64,000 nt of DNA from Chara braunii (Eukaryota > Plantae > Charophyceae), in contig BFEA01000031.1 in NCBI GenBank assembly GCA_003427395.1, positions 683,753-747,752 on the forward strand. Direction: 5' to 3'. The notes beneath the pieces were generated by a model, which was not told where the DNA came from, did not search any database, and saw only the letters and a list, made by a program, of their open reading frames with translations. A program made the position numbers and the translations under genes. Each line of letters opens with the position of its first letter. Within the stretch, counting starts at the first letter, position 1. Shown here one piece after another: positions 14,110 to 27,200 of the stretch.

Positions 14110-17100
14110 ATGTGCGGGGTGACCATATGGGTCCCATCGGAATCATGGGCGGAAGTGGTATACTCGAAGGTAGAACATATGGAAGGAAGGTGGATATGGA
14201 CGTTGGTGATGTTGGAACTCGAACTCATATGCGTGGTATGCCTTTATGCCCCAAATGATGTTCGTGGAAGGAGATAATTTTTAAGTAAAATAAAAGGACA
14301 CCTGTCGGATGGTATCCCGGTAGTCCTGGCAGGAGACTATAACGCAGCCCCGGATCGGGGGCTAAACAAATGGCGAACTCCCACCCATGCCCGTGGTACA
14401 TCGAAGAGGGCGAAATGATCATTAAAGACCTATGCAACTCACTAGGGGTATACGACACATATCGCTGATCCCACTCAAAAGAGAAAGTCTTCACTTGCCT
14501 GCGGAACAATGCAACGACTATACAGTCCAAATCAAGGATAAATTTGATCCTCATATTAGAGGACCTTGAGGGGGCTCTCCAAATAGCAACGATCCCCCCC
14601 CTCAGTCCATACACAGGTTTGGATCATAAAATGTGCATGATTGCATTGACCTTTCGGAAAATACCGGATCAGGGGCCGGGTCACTACAAATTAAACACTT
14701 CTTTATTGAAAAACAACCAATTTAAGGCATACAAAGCGGATGTATGGTTCTATTGGCAAACGAAAAAGGAATTGTTTGACTCAGAAATAACCTGGTTCAA
14801 TAATGGCTTATTCTTTCTGGCAAAAAATTGCAAAGACTATTCAAAACTCCTGGCGTCACACAAACAACAACAAGAAATGACATTACTAGACCAAATTCAA
14901 CAGTTGGAAGACCACACCCAAACCGTCATCCAGACTGCACAAGTGGCAAATCTGAAAGAGAAACTCCTGGACTTTGCAAAACCCAGATAGAATGGAATAG
15001 GGAATAGGGGGAAATTGACAAAGTACCGAACGGAGGAAACAATAGACACCCTCTTCTTCAGTATGACCAAAGTTAAAATTGAAAGAACAGCGGTAGAAGG
15101 GCTGATGAATCCCTGAGCACATGAGGACCCCCTGAGTCTTTCCACCCTATTGCATCAAAATCGTGAGGGACTTCTTCAAGGACCTGTTTTCCTCCCATAT
15201 TGTAGACCCCGGGGGAGACGAGCACACCAAAGCGGTAGAGGACTTTCTTGGTCCTCTCCAACACCGTCTCTCTTACCAACAAAGGGACAATCTCGATGCC
15301 CCCCTCTCCAGAGAAGAAATATGGACAATGTTGATGTAAATGGAGGAAGAGAAAACACCCAGCATCGACGGTCTTCCAAAGGAAATTTGGAAGACTATGT
15401 GAAACGTACTGGATGAGGACCTCATGATGTACTTTCGCCAAGTATGGCAAATAGGGAAAATGGGGTAACTGGTAGGCCAGGGAGTTCTAACCTTACTGTA
15501 AAAAAAATGAGATAAAATGAATATCAGGAATTATCGACCAATAACGCTTCTAACAGTAGTCTACAAGATGTTAGCCAAGAGTCTAGCAAACCGGTTGATC
15601 CCTGTGATGGAGGACATCATCCACCCTGCACAGATAGGCTTAATCCAGAATAGGAACATTCAAGAAAATATTCTCTTGGTCAATGAAGTTCTAAGGCTAA
15701 CCAAACAAAACAATTAAAACGCGACCATAATCTTCATTGATTTTGAAAAGGCATACGACAATGTAGATTGGTTCTTTCTTGACAGATGTCTCCACAAGAT
15801 GAACTTTGGGCCGAACTTCGGGAAGTGGGTGTCAATACTCCACAAGAATGCGACCACAAGAGTTCAAATTAATGACAGCCTCGCACCAGAGATTCAACTG
15901 GCCCGATCAGTGAGACAAGGATACCCTTTAGCGCCTTTCCTTTTTGTGATTATAATTGAGGCCCTGACAACAAACTTAAGGCTCGACAAGGACCTAAGAA
16001 AAATTCGGGTGACAACCATACCAGAGGAAGTTATTTCGATCTGTTCCCTGTTTGCGAACGGGCCGACAATAATGATAATAGTCACGTGGGAGAACTTTGA
16101 AGAAATCCACAGATTAATGGATAAATTTCGTATAATTTCTGACATGACCGTAAAATGGGGAAGTTAAACCCAAGGATGGTGGATACACTCACAGGGAGGG
16201 AGGCTGCCGGATGAGCCTAAAATTAATTGGCTGGACAAGGACGCATCTGTCAGAGTCATAGGAGTCCAAATGACAGCAGAAGGCCGCCCATCCTCGAATA
16301 ATGAATGGATCACAGGACCGCCCGTACAGAAAATGACAGCATGGAAAAAGAAACACACCTTGTTATTCGGTCAAACTCTGATAATAAACAACGTGGTGTT
16401 GGCCGCACTTTGGTACAAATCATTAATATGACCCTTGAGCAAAGAGGCACAAAAAACGCCACAAAGACAAGTGGTCGCCTTCGTATGGATAGGAGACCAT
16501 GAATCCCCTGGTGCATTCAACCGAGTGACTTGGGACTCGATCATTCAGCCCAAGTCCCAAGGAGGGTTAGGCATAATCGACTCGGCCACACAAACAACAG
16601 TACTCAGTCTAAGATGGATTCAAAAACTCATAATGGAACCACAATCTTCATTGAGCGCGCTTGCATTGGAGCAAATAAGAAAATTAGCCCCACATGCACC
16701 CCTGTCTGTCGACCCTCTGTTGTGGTTAGAAGACAGATACTGGGCTCTCCCACGACCTAAGGGTAGAACAAGTAGAACCGGAGAAACATTCTGGCCGGAG
16801 CTCATAAGAAACTGGAGGAGATCACCCCTGCTAGGTAGATAGCCCCCAGAGAGATGAGAAAAGGTGTACAGACAACCCCTGTTCGGCAACAAATGGGTTA
16901 CTGACACGAGGGGCCAGGTTCTACATAGCATAGCGGCGCCCTGGAAAAACTGGGTGCGAAATGGGATCAACAGAGTCAGGGATCTGTGGGATACACAAGA
17001 ATGGGTTTGAAAAACGGTGGAGCAACTTAAAAATCAGCTAAAGTATGTCCTTGCAAGGGAGGACCGTATGTAAGACCTGATCTCCTCACTCCCACTGGAC

Positions 17101-18306
17101 TGGTATCGTATACTTAAGAAGGGATCTAAACTGCAGGAGGGGGATTGGGTCGCAATAACTGAAAGAAAAGGGTGGGTTGACCTGATTCACGAGCTCCGCC
17201 AGGAGGATGCGCTGGTCGAACTTTATACAATGAGGGGACGAAATCGGTTCGAGGGCAGTTATGACCCGTTTCAATGGGTTGAAAGGAACCTGATATTCAG
17301 AATTAGGGTGTTGGAAGATGGACAAGAAAGACCGGCGTACCGGTCGGAAACCCCAATCTCCAGGTTACCCTTCGACCCGCAAAACTGGAGATGGACCCCC
17401 TCGAAACACCCTCCTAAAGGGCCAAAGAAAACCCTGCTCTTGCATCAACTCTCGGTCAAATCCGCCTATCGGATGCTCCGTCCAAAACAAAAACCGGTAG
17501 ATAACATCAATGATAGATGGGCAAAGCACCTCAATGTATCAACAGACCTACTGAAACCAATCAAGTGGTTCTAGGCTACAAAAAGGAAATCGGGGAAGAT
17601 CACATCCCTACAATGGCAAATCGCGCACAGATGCCTTCCCACCCAAAACTGGCTAATAGACCACACCAGCTTAGAACAGAAGGGGTTGACATCCCCCTGG
17701 TGTCCTAGCTGTCTGCAGAACTTCCCCAATAGGAAGATTCCATAAACTATAGAACACATATTCATGCAGTGTCCGGGAGTAGTCCTCACATGGCGATGGT
17801 GGGACCCGATATGGAAGAACACAGTTGGAGAAGAGGACTGGCCCTGGGAATGGAGGGCGATACTCATAGGGCATTGCCCCTAAGGCCAGTCTAGTGAATT
17901 CAGATCCAATATGTTTCAGATTGGCAGACGAGCCATTCTATGGACACTGTGGTGGAAAAGATGTGTACTGGCCATAGACAAAGTAAGGGTGGAAGGACCG
18001 GAATCAACGAAGCAAATAAAATCACCAATACAAACAGAACTGCAATCAAGATGGCAGGAGCTAGAAGGGAAATTGGCCCTCCTGAACGACACCTCAGAAA
18101 TACAAAAGAAAATTGATGACTACAGCAGGGAATGGCTGGGGAGTGAACAAGGAGGATGGATGGCATCGGTAAAATGGGAAGGTAAGAACATGGGGACACT
18201 GCTCAGGGATTATAAGTTAGTCTTCAACAATTGGACAGACCTAGACCCGACTGTACCCCTCCGCCCCCCACAAGACTTCTCAGACCCCTTCCCCCCAACA
18301 CCCTAG
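14110..18306 (+). mobile_element. Decayed L1/Tx1-like LINE ORF2, second family, 5'-truncated within EN
   Basis: EGRW..LYAPND, GLDH, NYRPITLLTVVYK, DFEKAYD, SVRQGYPLAPFLF, WQIAHRCLPT, C-terminal PLRPPQDFSDPFPP. Homologous to the 40.9-45.5 kb ORF2. The 3' UTR carries the double-hairpin motif at ~18719. Confidence 0.93.
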
Positions 18307-20539
18307 CATTAGTTGAGAATGCATGGTATGGTCATTAAGAAGGACGGGGTTCGGGTGACGATCACATCTGGTGGACGCAGTGGGTTCAGGTCAGTAAGAC
18401 AACCACTAACCCTCTGGTGCCCCCCAGAGAAAGTTTGATGATGAGTGAACGGAGGCCCTGTCGGTGTGGAAGAACTACTGATCTTCAGAAACTACGATCA
18501 GCAAGGAAAAGCAGGGGACAGGAGTTGAGTGCAGCTGGAGAGGAAAAGGAAGGGGAAACTTGGAGTATCAGTAGGTATTTGGCGCCTCACATCAGGCGAA
18601 GAGGTTCTCCCCTTTCAACCACCCTGTTCAGTTAATCCTCTGGAACCCAGAGCAATCAATGCTGACAAGTGACACCTATCCCCTGTGTATCTGTCTGAGT
18701 ATCATTCTGATGTAAGATGGGACGCTGGACCCGATTTCCAGCAGGTCGGCTCCCACCAATAGACTGGAGCAACCAGGAAACCTGCTGACACCTGAAAGTC
18801 CTCAGGGTGGTAGACCCAGGGTGAAGGGTCAGAATGAGGCACTCAAGGCCTCTGGAGTCTAAGCAAGTCCCAGAAAGTCAAAAGTCAAACGCGCTCCCGA
18901 CACATAACTAATATTGGGAACTATCTTCCTCACCTCATTTTTTTCACCTTTGTCTATAATCTACTCCTCTTCCTATCCTTGAGTTGTTGTCAACCATTAT
19001 ATGTTGTGAGTTCATACATGCTGCGGAACTGTCAGCTTCTCTGTATTAGCCTATTAGGTCCATTACACTAGTGCAAAATAGAGTCAATATGAAGTCTTAC
19101 CAAAGTTTTCCCTGAGAGATACACACCAGGGACTGTAGTTGAAGCTCTGATCTGCCAGTGAGACAGCACAATCTCAGAAGAAATCATCATGGACACATAT
19201 TGCGGTCTTCACCCTAAAAGCAAGATCAATGGAGAAAATATCCCATGAAAGACTTGGGGATGAGCAGAGGGAGCAGGGGTGGGGGAAAGCGCAGACGACT
19301 TCCCTCGAAAGTTTCTCAAAACAGGAATTCAAGTTCATCTCTCTCTTCTCAATTATCCAGGAAAATAGGCCACACATTTGCCCATCCCCCCCCCCCCCCC
19401 CTCTTCCAGCTCCCTCCCCTCACCCCCTAGGTCCCACTTACCTGGATTCTTCACTTCAGGGCAGAAACCAACAATCTAGGTAAATGGGACCTTGAACTTG
19501 GGGAGACCCCACTCCCTTCCTCCCCCCATATAGAAGACATCATCTTTATAGGTGTAGTTTTCTGGTCAGGGATAGCTAGATCCACCATGTTTTCTAATGG
19601 CACACCTCGGGCGTGCGCATAGGTTTGGGCTCACTCATACTTGCAGTAGGACATGTGATGCCCTTCACAAAAGAGAGGAGCACCTAAAGAAAGAAAGAAA
19701 CAAAGGCTTGGACCCCACAGTGTTGTGCCGAAAAGCATCCAAAAGCTAGTATTGTTGCCATGTGTGGTGGGCGGAAGGAAATGGAAACTCGGAGCCAACC
19801 GAAATCTCCTGCTTATCCATTGCTGTCCGATGCCCGATCAGGAAATTGGCCGTCGACTTGCTGTGAATGGGAAGTCTACCTGCAAATGCATCGTTTGTCA
19901 TCCACTATCTAGGTCCATTTTCAGTCATTGGTGGCTAAGCGGAGAGGGTTCCCCCCCGCTCCCTCCTCCTGTCCCCCTCTCCAAGTTGAGAGGGCCCCAC
20001 CCCAGAGTGAAAAAGTCGGCCTCATGTTTCTAAAGCTTTTTAGTTGGCCTCATGTTTCTAAAGCTTTTTGGCCATGCACCGCAGATGTCTATGGAGTCTC
20101 CAAAACTGATTTCCAAGACTTTCCGCTAAGCTTGTGGGGTCCACACCTAAACAGTAAAAGACAAAGGAAATTCAAAAGGACGTCAGAGAATGAAAAGGAA
20201 GAAAACTTTGAAAAGAGGGAATAAAATGACAGAAGGAGAGGATAGAAAAGAAAGTACCCCTAAGTTTGTGGAGGGGGTCCACCCCTAAACAGCAAAAGAC
20301 ACAAAGGGCCTCCCCACACGACTCTTGAAATGAGAAAGTGTGTTCCCACAGAGAGTGGCAAGATGCATCCCTTACTAGGAATAGTAACGCATGCATCGTG
20401 CCCCTTTCTGAGGAAGATGCACACTGTTTTTTTTTTTTTTGTTTCCGGAGTGGTGTGGCGAGGCTCAAAGAGAATTGAAAAGGAAGTAGAAAAGAACATA
20501 AGAGAACAAAAAGGAAGAGAACTTAGTAACGAGGGAACA

Positions 20540-20795
20540 ACGAGTGGCCGACAGTACAGACTGATGGAGGAGGGTTTAAGAAAGCCTTAAGGACGACAGG
20601 AGGGCTGCAGGCGATGGGCCGGACTGCAGAAAGCTGGTGGCGGTGGGGTTGTAATGGACGACCGGTCCGCAGTAGAAGACTAATGGCGGAGGGTTTAAGA
20701 AGGGTTTAAGGAAAACAAGGGGGCTGCAGGCGAAGGCTCGGACTGCAGAAAGCTGTGGGTGGTGGGGTTGAAATGGATGAGTGGCCGGCAGTACG
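20540..20795. repeat. Two ~120-bp tandem units, with a partial inverted copy at ~21385-21442
   Basis: ggagggtttaagaa..gggctgcaggcga..cggactgcagaaagctg..ggtggggttg occurs twice. Confidence 0.75.
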
Positions 20796-22108
20796 CAACT
20801 TTTTTTTTTTTTTTTTTAATTATAAATCGCTCCATCTATTGGTGGGGAGCTGCACCTGCTGGAAAACGGGCCCAGCGTCCCTCATACATCATGGAATAAA
20901 AGTTGACTTTTTTCCCCGCTAATGAAGGGGTCAAAACATCTTCACCCTTTTTTTATTTTTATTTTTTTCCCTGCCCATCGGTAGGGCAATTGTCCTGAGT
21001 GCTGGTCATACTGAGGTAGGATAGTGGGATAGAGGGTGCTCGAGAAGTATTGACGTGAGGATGGGATGGGAGGTGGTCTCATATTCCAGGACATCCGCGG
21101 CTCACAGCTCCAGGTGATCACTGTGCACTCAGTGACTGGCCTCTACAACACCCTGGACTTCAAAAAAAAAAAAAAAAAAAAGAGGTACATCAGTTATGCA
21201 CAATGTCGGGGCTATGGGCCTTTTCAGCATGATTCCAGAGAACCCACTATCCCACGGGGCTGCTATGAATACCCATCCTTTTCCGGGTCTCCTATTCTAC
21301 TGGCCCAGCCCCCTCCTGGAAGATTGCCCTGCTTCCTATTGATTTCCGTTCCCCCTTGTGTCTATCAGGTGTTGACTACCCCAGGAGCCTGCAGCCCCCC
21401 TGTTGTTGTTAAACCCTTTTTAAAGCCTCTTCCATTATCTGGCACCCACAAAAGGGTGAAGATGTTTTAAACCACCAGTACCTGGCCCAGCTATCAAGTC
21501 CGAGCCTCGGCCGACCGGTACGCCGATCCGTGCCGAGGCTCGGACTACCGGGCGCAGGCATCCCGAACGTCGGAGTGAAAGAACGAAAAAACCGAAAAAA
21601 AAAACCGAAAAAAAAACCGAAAAAAAAAAACGAAAAAAAGTATGGCAGTGTATATTCCCACGCTATAGCGCCAGATTCATTCGATTTTGCTCATCCTATG
21701 GAGGGCGCAGTACCATGAGGCCAGCCGCGAAGAGAGAGAGAGAGAGAGAGNNNNNNNNNNNNNNNNNNNNNNNNNNNNNNNNNNNNNNNNNNNNNNNNNN
21801 NNNNNNNNNNNNNNNNNNNNNNNNNNNNNNNNNNNNNNNNNNNNNNNNNNNNNNNNNNNNNNNNNNNNNNNNNNNNNNNNNNNNNNNNNNNNNNNNNNNN
21901 NNNNNNNNNNNNNNNNNNNNNNNNNNNNNNNNNNNNNNNNNNNNNNNNNNNNNNNNNNNNNNNNNNNNNNNNNNNNNNNNNNNNNNNNNNNNNNNNNNNN
22001 NNNNNNNNNNNNNNNNNNNNNNNNNNNNNNNNNNNNNNNNNNNNNNNNNNNNNNNNNNNNNNNNNNNNNNNNNNNNNNNNNNNNNNNNNNNNNNNNNNNN
22101 NNNNNNNN

Positions 22109-22170
<62 letters not shown>

Positions 22171-23052
22171 TGGCGCGAATACCCTTACAAGGGTATCCGC
22201 CCTGGTTCTTGCAAGTGACAGGAAATAAGTTTTGTTCGACGTCGCAGTTGCGTTTTGTTCACATTGACTGAATAGGTTGACTAGAAGTAGCGAGTGTGTG
22301 GGCGCGCAGTTTTTTTAGGCACGCGTGATGATTTTTTCTCTTGATGCTATAGGGTCGGCGTGTCCGTCGACAACGTCTTTGGGCTTTGAGTAAAGCTAGG
22401 AAAAGTTTTCTTTTTATTGAGTTGACCATCCATGGTGGTGCACCTGCGTTCATACGGCATGCGCCGTTGGAAGTAGATTTGTTAGGTAGCGGCACACTTG
22501 TGCCGCGTGTGCGACGGCAGCCAAAGGGGGAAATTTACCCCTTCATACAGCAAGGGCCGGTGCGCAAGAACAGTAGGACGTGAGCGGTGGCCTCCACGCG
22601 GCATTATGGGGGCTACAATCGTGACATGCCGAGCAAGATCCGGTCCCTGGCGACATGTGCGCACGTACGGGGCATTGGGATTGGAGGAGAAGTCAAGCGG
22701 CAGCCTTAACGCTGCTGCCGCAGGCCCAAGCTGGTCACGGTTACCATTCACATACCGGGCTGCGCATTGTTTGTCTAGGCTTGGGCTTAGTCTTATTGGT
22801 TACAGTGCTAGACTTTTACCAGGCGGATCTTGGGATTGAGGCCAGCAACTAGTAATGGTGGAGCAAAGAAGCACTAGGGAGCAAACCAAGGGGTTGAGGG
22901 TTGGGACTATGCCCCTTAGTTTTGTTGGGGAGTCCGACAGCGGGCCCGATAGGCAGGACCGAGGACAAGGCTCTTCAGTGGATACACCACTGAACTGCTG
23001 AAGTACAGGCCAGTGTCCAATTGCTGCAGCCATCCTGAGGCAGCGGACCAAC

Positions 23053-23060
23053 TATTATAG
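23053..23060 (+). promoter_or_regulatory. TATA-like box upstream of the U6 copy
   Basis: tattatag begins 26 nt before U6 +1, close to the spacing of plant Pol III snRNA promoters. No convincing USE. Confidence 0.4.
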
Positions 23061-23078
23061 ATCTCCGCACGGGAAGTG

Positions 23079-23159
23079 GTCCTTCGGGACATCCGTTAAA
23101 ATTGGGATGATACAGAGAAGATTAGCATGGCCCCTGCGCAAGGATGGCATGCATATAAA
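23079..23159 (+). ncRNA. U6: U6 snRNA-derived sequence, 3'-truncated (variant or pseudogene)
   Basis: gtccttcgggacatccgttaaaattgggatgatACAGAGAagattAGCatggcccctgcgcaaggatggcatgcata matches the plant-type U6 5' stem, ACAGAGA box, AGC triad and ISL. The last ~20 nt and the oligo-T terminator are missing. Confidence 0.88.
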
Positions 23160-24239
23160 CCAGCGGGCAGACAGGCAACTCGGATTTCTGTCCTCCTCTC
23201 GGCCTCTCGCGTTGACTGTCAGTAGGTGGGAGCGCTGTAGGAGTGCCCAGGGTTCGTGAAGTAGGGAGGGGAGTTAGAGTGACCACCATGGCGCAGGCAA
23301 AAATCACGAGAGGAGAGGAGAAGGGACGAGCGGGGCTTGACTGTCACATCGCTGGGCGTCGTAAGTCCGCTGTGGCCGATTGCTGCTTTGGCAGCTAAGA
23401 GGAACGACGGGTCTGGCCGGTGGGGTGCAAATGAATGGGGGCGCCATAGAGCGCCAAGTGCATTTGATAAGGGAGATGGAGGATGGTAAACTGTGCATGG
23501 TAGAGGGAGGACTGTCTCTAGGCGCAGACCGGAAGCAGCGGGGCAGCGCAGTGAAGGCAAGGCTGGGAGCGGCGGGCTCCAGCTGTAGAAAGTTGGCAAA
23601 GAAGGGGATGAATGAACCCGGCTGGGATTCTGCGCCAGGTACAGCCAAAATAGAGATGGCGGAAGACATGGCTGAGAGCCATGGATGGGGTTGTTGCCTG
23701 ATTCTCCGCGGATTTAGGCGGGAAGAGGACCGAATAAGGGTTTTTTTGGATGGGCGAATCCAAATTTGAGGTTAGTTTTAGCTATAACTTAGTGTTATAG
23801 AAGCTAGGAGGAAAAAAAAAAAAAAAACATGCGCGGGAGATGGCGGACGGACCAAAGGAGAGAAGAGAAACGGGTGTATCTCGCCTAATTCTCAACAGAT
23901 TTGAGCAACGTAAGATTCGAGATTGGGGTTTTGTGGCATGGAGAATCTGATGGTAGCATCAGATTTAGCACTTGAGCAGTAGACAGGTCGGTATCAGTGA
24001 TGGAGGCTGCGTGTAATAGTGCCGACGACAGATGAGAAATGAACTGCGAGGGGCGGAAGGAAAGCGGGAGCTAAAAGGGTCTATCTCCCTCGTTTCTCTA
24101 TAGAATCAGGAGAAATAAGTTGCTAGGTAGGGGTTTTTCGGCATTACGAAGTGAATGGCCGCAACATATTTCGAATTTGTGCAGTGGTTGAACCAGCACA
24201 GGCAGCAAGAGCTGCGCCTATGAGGTAGATGCACTTTTA

Positions 24240-27200
24240 TGTAAAGGCGAGATGTATCTTACCGCGTTCTAGCGGAAGATTCAGTCTCATTTTGCACATT
24301 TTGTGAGTAGAATCGCGGTGCACAGATTCGGAGCTGTGTGATTCCTTGTATTCAACGGGCTCAACTTGCTGCTCGGCGTGACAAAGTCATTCCTCGTGGC
24401 CGCGGTGTTGCCCACAGTGTGCGCCCCCTGTCGAGACCATAGCCGGGGTCGTCTTCCTTGCCATCACGTTCCGGTGTTGATTCGGTATTGATGGCTCATG
24501 AGCGACTGCAATACTGCTTGCAGTCGTCCTCATCTTCGGGATCACTCGCCGGGATGACTGGCTCGTTTATGCCTGGCATATATAGAGAGAGAGAGAAAGA
24601 GAGAGAAGAAAGAGAAAGGAGATGAGTAGGATGCTTAGTACCTGGTTGGTTGAGCTGTCCAATGCATCCCGTCACCTGGACTGCACATGGCCAGGGAGAT
24701 GGTCTGTGTGCATTCATTTTTATTTTTCAACTTTGATATTAGTTTTTGTTTGTTATTATTGTTATTTATTTTTTTAAATTAAGCTTGACCGTAATATTGG
24801 TCAGATGCATTCAGGGAAGTTGGGTGTAAGGGGGGAGCCGCTCAGTTCGGGAAGCTTGACCGTAAATTAAGCATGAGCAAGGGAGAGGCAACAGATTGAA
24901 GTTCAGGGAGGAAAACGGGGGCAGTTTAAAGAGGGAAGGAGTGGAAGGAGAGCGACAGGGTCGAAGGGAGTCATACCTCTTGTTGGCAAGGTGGGCAACT
25001 GCCTCACCTCCAGGAAGACTGACTTTTCTTCGGCAAAGGGGTTGCTGCTGGCCTAGAGCTCGAGCTATAGTTACGAACTGCAGTGGACATCGCAAAGAGT
25101 GAGCCGCTGCTGTGTTTTTTTTCCCCCAGCGGCAGGCTGCTCAGCCACTGCTGCTCCTGGTCCATGGTGGCAGCCTTAGAACTGTGCATTGTTGGGTTGG
25201 CTGCGTCTGCTGCACTCCGACGAACCCTGCTGGCTGGGTCTGTCACGGATATTGCGCTCATGGCTGTTGTCACAACCTTTGCCCCAGCACATAGGCTGTG
25301 TGTGGTTGAGCCCTTGTGAAGCCGCTGCAGTGCCGCTTGGTTGTGCGCCTTTGCGGTACCGCCTCAAAGACGCTGGCCCTCGCCGTAAGCAGATTACTGT
25401 GTAAGGTACCGTTTGGGTTGGGCACTGTTGCTGTGCGGAGCACTAATTTGAGGCGCTGTTGCGGAGCAGAACGCTGTTCCTCACTGTGTACAGCAACAGC
25501 TGGGCCTAAGGGAGGACGCCGTGAGTAGGGGGGAGTGATTGGAGGCGTCTACAAGAGGCCACTGCAACAACATGGGGGCTGCCACGACGCGCAGCCGTGG
25601 TGTGCGCTGTACGTCCTTGGGCCTGCTGCGTCATGCGGTGTTTCACCAGGACTTGCTGAGGTACGGGGCTGTGGTTCGCCGTGCACCGCCGCACACTGCC
25701 TCGCAGCGCTGCCTTGCTGTGAACCCCGCCTTCTGCTCTGTTCTTTGTATACTGTGCACTCTTGCCACGCACTTGTTGAGCGCAATGCTGTCCCTCACTG
25801 TATTTTGCGTCATATACTACCTCAACGCGGTGCTGTTGCATGGAGTGTTCTGCTTACGAATGTCTTACTGAGCCTCGCTGCATATTGCTGCCCCTCGAAT
25901 AGACCACGGTCTGCTGTGAGGAAGCCTGAGTGTGGAAGCACGTACCTAGTGTAGCACGGAACTGCAGGATAGGCAGGTACTTGTGCTTCAACAGAGTAAC
26001 GTTGTTCTTACCGCAGGTGGAACTGTTGAGTTGGGGCTGCGCTGCCGTTTTCGGCATCTTGCTGTATTACATGGTACATCACTACGTTACCGTACGACCA
26101 GGCGGGGGGGGATACTGCTGCGGCTCGAGAGATAGTCAGGGGGACTGCTACTTGCGTTTCTACCATGGTTCGACCAGCTTCACTGCATTCCTTTTTGGCC
26201 ATCATTGCGGGGCCCTCCGGAGATTCAAGAGTCCAAGGTCCTCTCCCATGAGTTTGAGCGCACCACCCTTGTATCTCGAGAGCCTGAACGTTTCTACTTC
26301 TATCTTTCTCAGTCTAAGTCTAATCTAAGGTTACGAGAGGAAGGCGGCAGGCGGGATTGAAACCCGTAGGACCGCGCCAAGGCCTCTGTGGGAGGTTGCC
26401 CCACTTTTGCGGGAGCTCTGCCGGAGCCCAGGCGGGGTTCTGGAGGCAGAGAACACTCAGGTATAACCCTCGATTTATGCGTGTGATCCTATCACTAAAC
26501 TATATTATCCTATTGCTATTGACCTGACTGTAAGTATGATAACAAAAAAATAACTGTATTTCCTTGCTTGTTTGAATTCAGGACAATGATTTGCAAAGTA
26601 AACTGACAAATATGTATTGGGGTAATCAAGATTATCAGTGTGAAGTCAGAAAACACAGAGCTGTCAAATATGTTCCGGAGGCTGGGCGGACGCATAAGTT
26701 GCAGGCTGCTCAGTCTTTCGCTCTTGTTTTACTTGTTATTTGGCAAGCTAGACTACCCATAAGTTGGGTAGCCTAGTTCTACGTTGTATGTAATTGTATG
26801 GGCTGGCTAGGCGCAACATAAGTTGTTGTGCCTGGTCATATGCCTCTCGTCGTTTGTTCAGGCAAAGGCTGGGCTCCTCATGAGTTGAGGTAATCTAGTT
26901 CCTTGTGTATGCCGAAAGTTTAGGCTGACCTGTCTCACCATAAGTTGGTGGGGCCTGGTCATACGCCTTACGTCAATTGTTTAGGCAGAAGTTGACCACA
27001 CCATAAGTTGGTGTGGCTTAGTCTTATGCTTTATTGTTCCAGGCGAAACTATTCACACCATAAGTTGGTGTGGTCAAGTCATGAGCCGCCATCACTAAGA
27101 AAATCAGAGTATACAAAGTGATACATACTTATTATGTATATTCATGGCAGACTGAACGCCATAAGTTGGGAGATCCAGCCATATAAGCCGGTAGCAGACA

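Noticed and set aside
24811-26328. Cys/Ala-rich ORFs
   Set aside because: GC-rich low-complexity sequence, overlapping on both strands, with no domain and no counterpart in copy A.
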